A stretch of 64,000 nt of DNA from Candidatus Tectimicrobiota bacterium (GCA_016192455.1 JACPUC010000008.1:248001-312000), one strand, 5' to 3'; positions 28,578-39,025 are shown, counted from the first letter of the stretch. Made by a program: numbers and translations. Notes: generated by a model from the letters alone, not told the origin.

Positions 28578-28925
28578 ATGCGCAAACTGAGGGTGTTTCT
28601 GCTACTGCTGCTTTGCATCGCGATCCCGCTCCAGGGATTCGCGCACATGTCCGTGGCAGAGACGACTTACGCGATGGAACACGCCGCGGCTGAGTTCATG
28701 GCGGATGCAGCAACCCCGCATGACTGTTGCGACAATGCCGACACCCCTGCCAAGACCACCGGCAAGGCGTGCGGTCAGTGCGGCAGCCCGTGTCCTGTCT
28801 TTCAGGTGCGCACTCATTCGCCTGCGCCCGTTCATGCCGTCCGCTTCCCCCGGTTCCGCCTGATCGAGCTATTCGTTCACTCCTTCTATCCCTCCAGCGT
28901 CTGGCGCCCGCCAGCTCTCTTCTGA
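28578..28925 (+). CDS. Small Cys-rich leader protein (DUF2946/CopL-like) ending in WRPPALF
   Basis: Signal-like N-terminus, DCC, CGQC..PC and terminal RPP; directly upstream of the Cus operon. Confidence 0.65.
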   Translation: MRKLRVFLLLLLCIAIPLQGFAHMSVAETTYAMEHAAAEFMADAATPHDCCDNADTPAKTTGKACGQCGSPCPVFQVRTHSPAPVHAVRFPRFRLIELFVHSFYPSSVWRPPALF

Positions 28926-29038
28926 CTCCCTGAAACACCAAGTGCCGCGGCCGTTTGTCTCTGACAGACGGTGATGGGGTTGTCCGCGCGCGTGAAGCCT
29001 TGCTTCATTGCCGCGCGCTCCTCGAAGGGAGTTGGTCT

Positions 29039-30322
29039 ATGCATTTTCCCGAATCTGCCACCCGGCCAGGGCGGTCTGTTGCGTACCGCGTGGCCGTGAC
29101 GGTCCTGCTGGCAAGCCTGAGCGGCGTGGCTAACGCCGATGCCCTTTCATTTCAGGAGGCGCTGGCTTTGGCTTTGCGCGAGACGCCGGTCCTGAGGGCG
29201 AACACCGCCCAGGTCGATGCCGCCACCCAAGCGGCGATTCCCGCGGGAGCACTGCCGGACCCCAAACTCGCGCTGGGTGTCGACAACCTGCCGATTGACG
29301 GCCCCGACCGCTACAGCCTGAGCCGTGATTTCATGACCATGCGGCGCATCGGCGTGATGCAGGAGTTTCCCAACCGGGCCAAGCGCAAGGCGCGTGTGGC
29401 GGCCGCGCAGGGCCGGGTGGCCGTGGCCGAGGCGCAGACCCGCGTCACGCGGTTGACCGTACTGCGGGAGGTAGCGGTCGCCTGGATCGCGCGCGGCAGC
29501 ATCGAGCGCCAGCTTACGCGCAGCGATGCCCTCCTGGCCGAAAACCGCCTGTTCGAAGCGGCCGTGCGCGCGCAGCTCGCGGCTGGCAAAGCTGCAGCGA
29601 GCGAGGTGGTCGCGCCACGGCAGGAAGCCGCGCTGATCGAAGAGCGCCAAGACGTCCTGCGCGCGCAGCGCGAGCAAGCCCTTGCACAGTTACGGCGCTG
29701 GATCGGACCAGCGGCGCAGGCGCCGCTGACAGGCGTGGTTCCTGACTGGCCTATCGAACGCGATGGGCTGCTGCGCCGCCTGCGCCAACACCCGGAACTG
29801 GCCGCGTTCGACCCCAAGGCCCGTGTTCTCGAGGCGGAACGGGCCGAGGCACAGGCGGCCAAGAAACCGGACTGGGCGCTGGAATTGGCCTACCAGCAGC
29901 GCGGCCCGCAGTTTGGCGACATGGTGTCACTGCAAGTCAGCTTCGACTTGCCGCTGTTCGCCGGCTCGCGCCAGAACCCGCAGATCGCGGCCAAACTGGC
30001 CGAGCGGACCGCGCTTGTGGCCGAGCGCGAGGCCATGCTGCACGAACACGCGGCCGCGCTTGAAGCGGATTTCGCCGAGTACCAGCGCCTTGTGAATGCC
30101 GTCCAGCGCCAACGTGAGGTGCTGCTGCCGCTGGCCGAGGAGAGGGTGACGCTCGCGCTGGCCGGCTGGCGCGGGGGCAAAGGCAGCCTGACCGAACTGA
30201 TCGCCGCCCGCCGCGAACGCATCGACGCTGAACTCAAAGCCATCGCACTGGAGGGCGAACGTCAGCAGATGGCCGCCCGCCTGCACTACGCCTATGGCGA
30301 CATCGCCGGAGAACAAGGATGA
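29039..30322 (+). CDS. cusC: Heavy-metal RND outer-membrane factor (CusC/CzcC-like TolC)
   Basis: GALPDPKL, MTMRRIGVMQEFPN; first gene of the CBA operon. Confidence 0.85.
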   Translation: MHFPESATRPGRSVAYRVAVTVLLASLSGVANADALSFQEALALALRETPVLRANTAQVDAATQAAIPAGALPDPKLALGVDNLPIDGPDRYSLSRDFMTMRRIGVMQEFPNRAKRKARVAAAQGRVAVAEAQTRVTRLTVLREVAVAWIARGSIERQLTRSDALLAENRLFEAAVRAQLAAGKAAASEVVAPRQEAALIEERQDVLRAQREQALAQLRRWIGPAAQAPLTGVVPDWPIERDGLLRRLRQHPELAAFDPKARVLEAERAEAQAAKKPDWALELAYQQRGPQFGDMVSLQVSFDLPLFAGSRQNPQIAAKLAERTALVAEREAMLHEHAAALEADFAEYQRLVNAVQRQREVLLPLAEERVTLALAGWRGGKGSLTELIAARRERIDAELKAIALEGERQQMAARLHYAYGDIAGEQG

Positions 30323-31806
30323 AACATCCCAAGAAAATCTTGCTGATACCCGTCGTCGCTTCCGCGCTGCTGGCGCTCGGCGCAACGGGCGGAGGGTGGT
30401 GGGCGAGGCACGACGCCAGGTCCGCCAGCACGGCAGCGCACGCGCCGCAGGCCGCCGCGCAGACTGAGCGCAAGGTGCTGTACTGGTACGACCCGATGGC
30501 CCCGCAGCAGCGCTTCGATCAACCCGGCAAGTCGCCGTTCATGGGCATGGAACTGGTGCCCAAGTATGCCGATGAGACCGACAAGGGCAGTGGGGTCAAG
30601 ATCGATCCCGCAGCGATCCAGAACCTCGGTGTGCGACTGGCCAAAGTCGAGCGCATGCCGCTGGCGACTCAGGTCGGGGCTACCGGTCTCATCGCTTTCA
30701 ACGAGCGCGACGTGGCGGTGGTGCAGAGCCGGGTTGGCGGCTTCGTCGAGCGAGCCTGGCCGCTGGCCCCGGGCGATGTCGTGAAGGCTGGCCAGCCCCT
30801 GGTGGAATTGCTGGTGCCGGAGTGGGCCGCGGTCCAGCACGAGTGGCTGGCGCTGCGATCCGTCGGTGACGCGGCGCTGCAGGCCGCCGCAAGCGAGCGG
30901 CTGCGCCTTTCGGGTATGCCGGAGGCCCTCATTCGCGAAGTCGAGCAAAGCGGCACAGCGCGTTCGCGCTATACGGTGACCGCGCCCATCGGCGGCGTGG
31001 TGCAGGCCCTCGAGGTGCGCGCAGGCATGACCGTGATGGCGGGACAGACGCTGGCGCGCCTGAATGGACTGTCCACGGTATGGCTGGACGTCGCGGTGCC
31101 CGAGGCGCTGGCCGATGCGGTGCGCGTGGGCAGCCGAGCCCAAGCGCGACTGCCCGCTTTCCCCGGACAACTCATCGAAGGTCGAGTGACCGCGATCTTG
31201 CCAGCGCTGCAAGAAACCACACGCAGTCTGCGGGTGCGGGTGGAGCTGCCGAACCCGAACGGCCGTCTGCGTCCCGGCCTGTCCGCCCAGGTGACGCTCA
31301 CCTCGCCGTTGCAGGACACCGCGCTCGCCGTACCGACCGAGGCGGTGATTCGCACCGGCCAACGCGCCCTCGTGATGGTGGCGCAGGACAACGGGCGATT
31401 CATGCCGGTGGAGGTCACGCTGGGCCGCGAGATCGGTGACCGCACCGTGATCGCCGCGGGACTCGCCGAGCGGCAGCACGTGATCGCCAGCGGGCAGTTC
31501 CTGATCGACTCGGAGGCGAGCCTGCGCGGCATCGTTCTTGGCGCGGCGAGTGAGCCGGCGGCCATGGCCTCCACCGCATTGCACGAGGCCGACGCCACGA
31601 TCGAAGCGATCGAGGGCAACAAGATCACGCTCGCGCATGGGCCGTTCAAGACGCTCGCCATGCCAGGCATGACGATGGCGTACCCGCTGGCCAATCCTGC
31701 CTTGGTCCAGGGCCTGAAAGTCGGCGACAGGGTGCGCATCGGTGTGCGCCAGACGGATGCGGGCCTCGTGGTCGAGCGTCTCGAACAAACACGAGGTGGT
31801 AGATGA
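30319..31806 (+). CDS. cusB: Cu/Ag efflux membrane-fusion protein with a C-terminal CusF-like domain
   Basis: [34 protein letters not shown]-terminal HGP...MPGMTM. Confidence 0.92.
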   Translation: MKHPKKILLIPVVASALLALGATGGGWWARHDARSASTAAHAPQAAAQTERKVLYWYDPMAPQQRFDQPGKSPFMGMELVPKYADETDKGSGVKIDPAAIQNLGVRLAKVERMPLATQVGATGLIAFNERDVAVVQSRVGGFVERAWPLAPGDVVKAGQPLVELLVPEWAAVQHEWLALRSVGDAALQAAASERLRLSGMPEALIREVEQSGTARSRYTVTAPIGGVVQALEVRAGMTVMAGQTLARLNGLSTVWLDVAVPEALADAVRVGSRAQARLPAFPGQLIEGRVTAILPALQETTRSLRVRVELPNPNGRLRPGLSAQVTLTSPLQDTALAVPTEAVIRTGQRALVMVAQDNGRFMPVEVTLGREIGDRTVIAAGLAERQHVIASGQFLIDSEASLRGIVLGAASEPAAMASTALHEADATIEAIEGNKITLAHGPFKTLAMPGMTMAYPLANPALVQGLKVGDRVRIGVRQTDAGLVVERLEQTRGGR

Positions 31807-34800
31807 TCGCCCAACTCATCCACTGGTCGGTCGCCAACCGCTTTCTGGTGCTGCTGACGACCTTGTTCCTCACGGTCTGGGGCATCTGGTCGGTCACGAC
31901 CATACCCATCGACGCGCTGCCCGATTTGTCCGACGTGCAGGTGATCATCCGCACGAGTTACCCGGGCCAGGCGCCGCAGATCGTCGAGAACCAGGTGACC
32001 TACCCTTTGGCCACCACCATGCTGTCGGTGTCCGGCGCCAAAACGGTACGCGGCTTCTCCTTTTTTGGCGACAGCTTCGTCTACGTGCTGTTCGAGGACG
32101 GCACGGACCTGTACTGGGCGCGCTCCAGGGTGTTGGAATATCTCAACCAGGTGCAGGGGCGATTGCCGGCCACCGCCAAGCCCGCCCTGGGGCCGGATGC
32201 CACGGGTGTGGGCTGGATCTACCAGTACGCGCTGATCGACAAGACCGGCCGGCACGATCTCTCGCAACTACGCGCGCTGCAGGACTGGTTCTTGAAGTTC
32301 GAGCTGAAGACCCTGCTCAACGTCGCCGAAGTCGCCACCGTCGGCGGCATGGTTAAGCAATACCAGATCGTGCTCGACCCGGTGAAGCTCGTGAGCCTCG
32401 GCATCACGCACGAGCAAGTGATCGACGCCTTGCGCCGCGCCAACCAGGAAACCGGTGGGTCCGTGCTCACCCTGGGCGAAACGGAACTGATGGTGCGCGC
32501 CAGCGGCTACCTGAAGTCGATCGACGATTTCCGCGCGATTCCGCTCAAGCTCGAAGGCGGCGTGCCGGTGACGCTTGGCGATGTCGCCCACATCCAGCGC
32601 GGCCCCGAGATGCGGCGCGGTATCGCCGAACTCGACGGCGAAGGCGAGGTGGTGGGCGGCGTGGTCGTCCTGCGCTCGGGCAAGAACGCGCGCGAGACGC
32701 TGGCCGCCGTGCACGCCAAGCTCGAATCCCTCAAAGCCAGCCTGCCCAAGGGTGTGGAGATCGTCACCACCTACGACCGAGGCGCGCTCATCGACCGGGC
32801 CATCGACAACCTCTCGTACAAGCTGATCGAGGAGTTCATCGTCGTCGCGCTCGTCTGCGCGCTGTTCCTGTGGCATCTGCGTTCGTCGCTGGTGGCCATC
32901 GTGTCCCTGCCGCTCGGGGTGTTGATCGCCTTCATCGTCATGCGCCATCAGGGCATCAACGCCAACATCATGTCGCTGAGCGGCATCGCGATTGCTGTGG
33001 GCGCCATGGTCGATGCGGCCGTGGTGATGATCGAGAACGCCCACAAAAAGGTGGAGGTCTGGCAGCACGCGAATCCGGGCGAGACACTCAAGGGCGACGC
33101 GCACTGGCAAGTGATGACAGAGGCAGCGGTCGAGGTGGGTCCGGCGCTGTTTTTTTCGCTGCTCATCATCACCCTGTCTTTCATCCCCGTGTTCACCCTG
33201 GAAGCGCAGGAGGGGCGCTTGTTCGGGCCGCTCGCCTTCACCAAAACCTATGCCATGGCGGCCGCGGCGGCCCTCTCGGTGACGCTCATCCCGATCATGA
33301 TGGGCTACTGGATACGCGGCAAGCTGCCGGATGAGTCGCGCAATCCGCTCAACCGCTGGCTGGTGCGTGCTTATCACCCGCTGCTGGATGCGGTGCTGGC
33401 ACGCCCCAAGCTCACGCTCGTGCTGGCCGTGCTGCTCACCCTCACCGCGGCCTGGCCGATCAGCCGCCTCGGCGGCGAATTCCTGCCGCCGCTCGACGAA
33501 GGTGATCTGCTCTATATGCCAAGCGCGCTACCGAACTTGTCAGCCCAGAAGGCCGGCGAGATATTGCAGCAGACTGACCGCATGATCAAGACCGTCCCCG
33601 AAGTGGCGCGCGTGTTCGGCAAAGCAGGCCGCGCCGAGACCGCCACGGATCCGGCGCAGTTGGAGATGTTCGAGACCACGATCCAGTTCAAACCGCGTGA
33701 TCAATGGCGGGCGGGCATGACGGCCGCGAAGCTCGTGGAGCAACTGGACCGGGCCGTCCAGGTGCCGGGGCTGACCAACATCTGGATTCCGCCCATCCGC
33801 AACCGCATCGACATGCTCGCCACCGGCATCAAGAGCCCCATCGGCGTCAAGATTGCCGGGACCAATCTGGCCGATATCGACCGCGTCGCGCAGCAGGTGG
33901 AACGCATCGCCAAAACCGTGCCCGGCGTCTCATCGGCGCTGGCCGAGCGCCTCACCGGCGGGCGCTACGTCGATGTCGAGATCGACCGCGCGGCTGCCGC
34001 CCGCTACGGGCTCAACATCAGCGAAGTGCAGTCCGTGGTGGCGAGCCTCATCGGCGGTGAAAACGTCGGCGAGACCGTGGAGGGCCTGGCGCGCCATCCG
34101 ATCAATGTCCGCTATCCACGCGAGTGGCGCGACACGGTGGAGCGTCTTGCGCAACTGCCCATCGTCACGCCCATGGGCAGCCAGCTCACGCTGGGCACGG
34201 TGGCACGCGTCAAGGTCACCGACGGCCCACCCTTCCTCAAGAGCGAAAACGCGCGCCCCAGCGGCTGGGTGTACGTCGATGTGCGCGGCCGCGATCTGGC
34301 CTCCACGGTGGCCGATCTGCGTGCGGCGGTCACGCGCGAGGTCAGGCTCGAACCTGGCATAAGCCTGGCCTATTCCGGTCAGTTCGAGTTCATGGAACGC
34401 GCCAACGCGCGGCTCAAACTCGTGGTGCCGGCCACCTTGCTGATCATCTTCGTGTTGCTGTATCTCACCTTCGCCCACTTTGACGAAGCCTTGCTGATCC
34501 TCGCCACGTTGCCCTTCGCGCTCACCGGCGGCGTGTGGTTCCTGTACCTGATGGGCTTCAACCTGTCGGTTGCCACTGGGGTGGGCTTCATCGCGCTGGC
34601 CGGGGTGGCGGCAGAGTTTGGGGTGGTCATGCTGATCTATCTCAAGCACGCCTGGTACGACCGGATCGATGCCGGCCAAGCGACCGAGTCCGGCCTGCTC
34701 GATGCGATCCGCGAAGGTGCCGTGCTGCGTGTGCGGCCCAAGGCGATGACGGTGGCCGTCATCGTTGCCGGCCTCTTGCCCATTCTGTGGGGGAGCGGCA

Positions 34801-34955
34801 CAGGCAGCGAGGTGATGAGCCGCATTGCCGCTCCCATGGTGGGCGGCATGGTCAGCGCGCCGCTCTTGTCCTTGTTCGTTATTCCCGCAGCGTACCGGCT
34901 GATGCGCCGCCGGCAACTTCCCTCAGCCACTCATCCGCAAACGAAAAGAGACTAA
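31803..34955 (+). CDS. cusA: Cu(I)/Ag(I) efflux RND permease
   Basis: [56 protein letters not shown]. Confidence 0.95.
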   Translation: MIAQLIHWSVANRFLVLLTTLFLTVWGIWSVTTIPIDALPDLSDVQVIIRTSYPGQAPQIVENQVTYPLATTMLSVSGAKTVRGFSFFGDSFVYVLFEDGTDLYWARSRVLEYLNQVQGRLPATAKPALGPDATGVGWIYQYALIDKTGRHDLSQLRALQDWFLKFELKTLLNVAEVATVGGMVKQYQIVLDPVKLVSLGITHEQVIDALRRANQETGGSVLTLGETELMVRASGYLKSIDDFRAIPLKLEGGVPVTLGDVAHIQRGPEMRRGIAELDGEGEVVGGVVVLRSGKNARETLAAVHAKLESLKASLPKGVEIVTTYDRGALIDRAIDNLSYKLIEEFIVVALVCALFLWHLRSSLVAIVSLPLGVLIAFIVMRHQGINANIMSLSGIAIAVGAMVDAAVVMIENAHKKVEVWQHANPGETLKGDAHWQVMTEAAVEVGPALFFSLLIITLSFIPVFTLEAQEGRLFGPLAFTKTYAMAAAAALSVTLIPIMMGYWIRGKLPDESRNPLNRWLVRAYHPLLDAVLARPKLTLVLAVLLTLTAAWPISRLGGEFLPPLDEGDLLYMPSALPNLSAQKAGEILQQTDRMIKTVPEVARVFGKAGRAETATDPAQLEMFETTIQFKPRDQWRAGMTAAKLVEQLDRAVQVPGLTNIWIPPIRNRIDMLATGIKSPIGVKIAGTNLADIDRVAQQVERIAKTVPGVSSALAERLTGGRYVDVEIDRAAAARYGLNISEVQSVVASLIGGENVGETVEGLARHPINVRYPREWRDTVERLAQLPIVTPMGSQLTLGTVARVKVTDGPPFLKSENARPSGWVYVDVRGRDLASTVADLRAAVTREVRLEPGISLAYSGQFEFMERANARLKLVVPATLLIIFVLLYLTFAHFDEALLILATLPFALTGGVWFLYLMGFNLSVATGVGFIALAGVAAEFGVVMLIYLKHAWYDRIDAGQATESGLLDAIREGAVLRVRPKAMTVAVIVAGLLPILWGSGTGSEVMSRIAAPMVGGMVSAPLLSLFVIPAAYRLMRRRQLPSATHPQTKRD

Positions 34956-34957
34956 CC

Positions 34958-35068
34958 ATGAAGAAATCGATCCCTTCTATATTAGTACTCCTGTGTCATA
35001 AAGTTCCTCCCGCCCGCGTCTCCCTGCCGCACCAGAGGCAGGGGTGGCGGCGGAGGAGGACCTCATAA
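34958..35068 (+). pseudogene. Possible truncated secreted-protein gene start following cusA
   Basis: ATG 2 nt after the cusA stop encodes a signal-like MKKSIPSILVLL, then runs into the ssrA duplicate. Confidence 0.35.
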
Positions 35069-35252
35069 ACAGAGACCAGCGCCGCAGGTTCCGCCTGGCT
35101 GCCTGCCGCGCGAACCAACGCCGGACTAGGGACCGGTTGTATCCCCCGCCCGTGGGAGTCACCGGCACGAAGCACCCAATAACGAGGCTACGCATGTAGA
35201 CGCACGGCGTGTAGACCTTCGGACGCGGGTTCGATTCCCGCCGCCTCCACCA
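35063..35252 (+). repeat. Duplicate of the 3' 190 nt of ssrA (28342-28531), att-like
   Basis: Manual alignment gives 8 substitutions and no gaps in 190 nt; both copies end in CTCCACCA. Confidence 0.95.
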
Positions 35253-35261
35253 ATTCGCCGC

Positions 35262-35290
35262 AAGGCCAACCGGTGACGGTTGGCCTTTTT
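35262..35290 (+). terminator. Intrinsic terminator after the ssrA duplicate
   Basis: AAGGCCAACCG-GTGA-CGGTTGGCCTT followed by a T-run. Confidence 0.85.
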
Positions 35291-35388
35291 AGTTGAGTAG
35301 GCTGTCGTTTCGGTCCTTCCCCCTTTGGAGGAAGGACTGAAACGCAAGATGAAGGCACGTCACCATCCGAAAGCCGGGAAACCCTCCC

Positions 35389-35436
35389 TGTTCCATAATG
35401 TAGGTAATTATTGACAACTACCTACATTTTGGAACA
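35389..35436. promoter_or_regulatory. AbiEi-type operator inverted repeat overlapping a TTGACA promoter
   Basis: TGTTCCATAATGTAGGTAATT ... AACTACCTACATTTTGGAACA (19/21 complementary) flanking TTGACA at 35411. Confidence 0.8.
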
Positions 35437-35446
35437 CCATGCCTGC

Positions 35447-36046
35447 ATGGAATCTTCTCACCAAGCTCTCCTCGACCTGGCCAAGCACCATGGTCTGATA
35501 CGCCCGCGCGACCTGGCGCCCCTGGGGATTTCACGGGTTGCCCTGACACGGCTTGTGCGCCGCGGGATGCTCGAGCGGGTCGGCCGTGGCCTCTATGCGC
35601 TTCCAGACCGGTCCGTCTCCGAGCATGCTGCTCTGGCCGAGGTCGCCCGCAAGTACCCGCAGGGAGTGATCTGCCTGCTGTCGGCACTGCGATTCCACAA
35701 CCTCACCACCCAGTCCCCCTTCGAAGTCTGGCTGGCAATTCCGAACAAGGCCCGCGCGCCCCGGCTCGAGTACCCACCGCTGCGGATCGTGCGATTCTCC
35801 AGCCAGGCTCTTATCGAAGGCATGGAGGAGCACGTGGTCGACGGTGTTCCGGTCCACGTGACCACCGTTGCCAAGACGGTGGCCGACTGCTTCAAGTACC
35901 GGAACAAGATCGGCCTGGACGTAGCTCTCGAAGCGCTACGGGAGGCGTGGAGAGAGAAGCGCGTCAGCATGGACGAGCTATGGCGCTATGCCCGGGTCTG
36001 CCGGGTCAGCAATGTGATGCGGCCTTATCTCGAAAGCCTGACGTGA
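35447..36046 (+). CDS. abiEi: Type IV toxin-antitoxin antitoxin AbiEi
   Basis: wHTH N-terminus (LERVGRGLY), GVICLLSALRFH.LTTQ.P, KTVADCFKYRNKIGLD. Confidence 0.9.
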   Translation: MESSHQALLDLAKHHGLIRPRDLAPLGISRVALTRLVRRGMLERVGRGLYALPDRSVSEHAALAEVARKYPQGVICLLSALRFHNLTTQSPFEVWLAIPNKARAPRLEYPPLRIVRFSSQALIEGMEEHVVDGVPVHVTTVAKTVADCFKYRNKIGLDVALEALREAWREKRVSMDELWRYARVCRVSNVMRPYLESLT

Positions 36047-36944
36047 ACAAGCGGAACATGGCGGCCTCGGTGCGCGCCCGGTTGCTCGACAAGGCCCGTG
36101 CCGAAAAACTGGACTTCAACCTCCTCCTCACCCGTTACGCACTGGAACGCCTCCTCTATCGGTTGAGCACCTCGCTTTACGCCGATCAGTTCCTGCTCAA
36201 GGGCGCACTGCTGTTCGACCTATGGTTCGGCATTTCACACCGACCAACCCGCGATGCCGATCTGCTGGGGCTCGGTTCGGCAGAAGTACGGCACATCGAC
36301 ACCGTGTTCCGAGGACTATGTGCGGTTGCGGTTGACGACGGAATTGTCTTCCAACCGGAATCGGTACGTGTCGAGGAAATCCGCAAGGAGGCCACATATC
36401 CCGGTGTGCGCGTGACTCTCGTGGGCCTGATCGAGAAGGCGCGCTGCCGGTGCAGGTTGACATTGGTTTCGGCGATGCTGTCACGCCGGGTCCAGAAGCC
36501 ATTGAGTACCCGGTAGTGCTTGCCGATCTGCCGGCGCCGAGGCTGCGCGCGTACCCGCGATATTCGGTGATCGCCGAGAAACTTGAAGCAATTGTGTCGC
36601 TCGGCATTGCCAACAGCCGCATGAAGGACTACTTCGACCTGCGGATCCTGGGCAGGTACAGCGATTTCGACGGCGGCATCCTCTGCCAGGCGATCCGCGC
36701 TACCTTCGATCGGCGGAACACGCCGCTACCGGAGGGTGTGCCGCTCGGCCTGTCTGACGAGTTCGCGCAGGATCGGCGGAAGCAGGTGCAATGGCAGGCA
36801 TTCTTGAAGAAGAACGTGTTGACCGCCACCACGCTGGCCGAGGTCGTGGCATCGCTGAGGGCGTTCCTGATGCCGCCGCTCGATGCGCTTCATCAAGAAG
36901 CGGAGTTCCCACGACGGTGGCGAGCCGGTGGCGTGTGGGAATAG
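36043..36944 (+). pseudogene. abiEii: AbiEii nucleotidyltransferase toxin, frameshifted near 36447
   Basis: MAASVRARL..FLLKGALL..RPTRDADL in one frame; VQVDIGFGD..AEKLEA..NSRMKDYFD in the other; restoring one base (e.g. TGC CCG GTG) rejoins them. Confidence 0.85.
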
Positions 36945-36961
36945 CGCTCGGCGCTCGCGTC

Positions 36962-36985
36962 GGTTGCGGAGGCAGGAATCGAACC
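36962..36985 (-). other. tRNA 3'-end-like fragment (possible att remnant)
   Basis: Minus strand reads GGTTCGATTCCTGCCTCCGCAACC, resembling the T-loop and acceptor end of initiator tRNA-Met; the rest of the tRNA is absent. Confidence 0.5.
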
Positions 36986-37189
36986 GCTGACAGGGGATGT
37001 AAGGTTCAAGCTGGTACCGGCATCGAGAACCAGCAGGGCACCGTTTGAACATCCCCTGCGGTGGTGCTCCTCGGCCGGGATTTCCGGTTGTCTCCCACAC
37101 AGTTTGAACCAACACGCAACCTTACGATTGTACGCTTTCAACGCTTGGGGGGACGCTGGCTGCCAGCCCACCCACACCGTTGCAAGGAC

Positions 37190-37213
37190 AGCCACCTACA
37201 GGTGGCTTTTTTT
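37190..37213 (+). terminator. Intrinsic terminator
   Basis: AGCCACC-TACA-GGTGGCT followed by a T-run. Confidence 0.75.
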
Positions 37214-37307
37214 GCGCAGTCCCGCCTGTCCGCGGGGGTTCCGCGAAAATCCGCGGACTCCTGATCCCGGCTGCCTGGCTCCGCTGACTTTCAGAGTGTG
37301 AATTCTC

Positions 37308-37349
37308 TTGATCGTGCGCCTCCTTCCATGTATTATCGAATCACGATAA
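37308..37349 (+). promoter_or_regulatory. chrA promoter with overlapping palindromic operator
   Basis: TTGATC-17-TATTAT; TTATCG-AATCA-CGATAA palindrome at 37333-37349. Confidence 0.65.
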
Positions 37350-37416
37350 CGAATGCCGATGATTGCCTCCCGCGCCTCACCCCTGTGTGACTTGAGGGCC
37401 TCTTATGGGATCAGCC

Positions 37417-38622
37417 ATGGCAACCACCACCGATGACCGAGTCTCCACCTTGACCGCCTTTCTCATTTTCCTGCGACTGGGCCTGACCTCGTTCGGCGGG
37501 CCGATCGCCCACCTCGGCTATTTTCGGGACGAGTTCGTGGCGCGCCGACGCTGGCTCAGCGAACAGAGCTATGCCGACTTGGTGGCCCTCTGCCAGTTCT
37601 TGCCCGGACCGGCCAGCAGTCAGGTGGGCATCGCCATCGGCCTGTCGCAGGCCGGCCTACCCGGCGCGCTGGCCGCGTGGCTGGGCTTTACCCTCCCCTC
37701 GGCGTTGGCGCTGACCCTGTTTGCCCTGGGGATGACCATGTGGGGAAATGTTCTGGATGCTGGACCGCTGCATGGTCTCAAGGTGGTCGCGGTTGCGGTC
37801 GTGGCGCAAGCCGTCTGGGGCATGGCGCGCAATCTTTGCCCCGACGCAGCGCGAATCACGCTGGCCGCGGCGGCGGCCGGCATCGTGCTCCTCTGGCCGA
37901 CCGCCTGGGGACAAGTCGGCGTGATCGCCGCCGGCGGAGTCGCCGGCCTGCTTCTGTTCAAACCCGAATCCCAGGACGAGCACTCGCCGCTGCCGATCAC
38001 GGTCAGTCGCCGGATGGCCCTGGCTGCGCTGCTGGTGTTTTTCTGTTTCCTCGTCGGCTTGCCGCTGGCCGCGCAAAGCGGGCAGAGCCAGACCTTGTCG
38101 TTGATTGATGCCTTCTACCGAGCGGGTTCCCTGGTGTTCGGCGGCGGCCATGTGGTGTTGCCACTCCTGCAATCCGAAGTCGTTCCCCCTGGTTGGGTCA
38201 GCAAGGAAGCTTTCCTCGCCGGCTATGGCGCGGCGCAGGCAGTGCCGGGGCCGCTTCTCACCTTCGCCGCCTATCTCGGCGCCGTGATGCGTCCGGCGCC
38301 GAATGGCTGGCTCGGTGGGCTGATCAGCCTGCTCGCCATCTTCGCACCCTCGTTCCTCTTGGTCGTCGGTGTCTTGCCGTTCTGGGAGCGGCTGCGCCGG
38401 CACCTCCGTACCCAAGCAGCTCTGCGTGGCATCAACGCGGCTGTCGTCGGCCTGCTGTTGGCCGCCCTCTATCACCCTGTGTGGACCAGTGCCATCCTAA
38501 GACCGGCCGATTTCGTCCTCGGTTTAGCCGCCTTCGTAGCCCTGGCGTTCTGGAAACTGCCGCCGTGGTTGGTGGTGCTCCTCAGCGCGCTGGGCGGCTG
38601 GCTCCTTGGCATCTTGTCGTAG
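37417..38622 (+). CDS. chrA: Chromate efflux transporter (long-chain CHR)
   Basis: FLRLGLTSFGGPIAH, CQFLPGPASSQ, GSLVFGGGHVVLPLL, QAVPGP. Confidence 0.95.
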   Translation: MATTTDDRVSTLTAFLIFLRLGLTSFGGPIAHLGYFRDEFVARRRWLSEQSYADLVALCQFLPGPASSQVGIAIGLSQAGLPGALAAWLGFTLPSALALTLFALGMTMWGNVLDAGPLHGLKVVAVAVVAQAVWGMARNLCPDAARITLAAAAAGIVLLWPTAWGQVGVIAAGGVAGLLLFKPESQDEHSPLPITVSRRMALAALLVFFCFLVGLPLAAQSGQSQTLSLIDAFYRAGSLVFGGGHVVLPLLQSEVVPPGWVSKEAFLAGYGAAQAVPGPLLTFAAYLGAVMRPAPNGWLGGLISLLAIFAPSFLLVVGVLPFWERLRRHLRTQAALRGINAAVVGLLLAALYHPVWTSAILRPADFVLGLAAFVALAFWKLPPWLVVLLSALGGWLLGILS

Positions 38623-38643
38623 GCGAAACGAGGAAAAACGACG

Positions 38644-38979
38644 GTGACGGACAAGGACTTGTATGGCGGACTGATCCGCCTGCACATCCTCTATCATGCA
38701 GCACAAGGACCGATCTTCGGCCTGGGTATCATGGAAGAATTGGCGCGGCACGGCTATGACATCAGCGCGGGCACGCTCTACCCGATGCTGCACGGACTCG
38801 AACGCAAGGGCTATCTGCGGTCGCGCCACGAACGAACGGGGCGTCGCGAGCGGCGCATCTATGAGATCACCCCCGAGGGTTTGGCGGCCCTGCAATCTGC
38901 CCGTATCAAAGTCAAAGAGTTATTCGGGGAATTGTTCGAAGACGGTCCTGATGAGGCTGCGGGAGGCTGTGCAGATTGA
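38644..38979 (+). CDS. PadR-family transcriptional regulator
   Basis: LIRLHILYHA, GTLYPMLHGLERKGYL, RRIYEITPEG. Confidence 0.92.
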   Translation: MTDKDLYGGLIRLHILYHAAQGPIFGLGIMEELARHGYDISAGTLYPMLHGLERKGYLRSRHERTGRRERRIYEITPEGLAALQSARIKVKELFGELFEDGPDEAAGGCAD

Positions 38980-39025
38980 CGCTCTGGCAGCCACGGCGGC
39001 ATCTCTTGGCCACAGGTGAGCGGGT

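Noticed and set aside
35063-35252. Second functional tmRNA, two-piece tmRNA or tRNA gene
   Set aside because: No 5' acceptor strand or tag frame nearby; it is a 3' fragment
36962-36985. Complete tRNA-Met
   Set aside because: Only the T-loop and acceptor 3' strand are present; no D or anticodon arm
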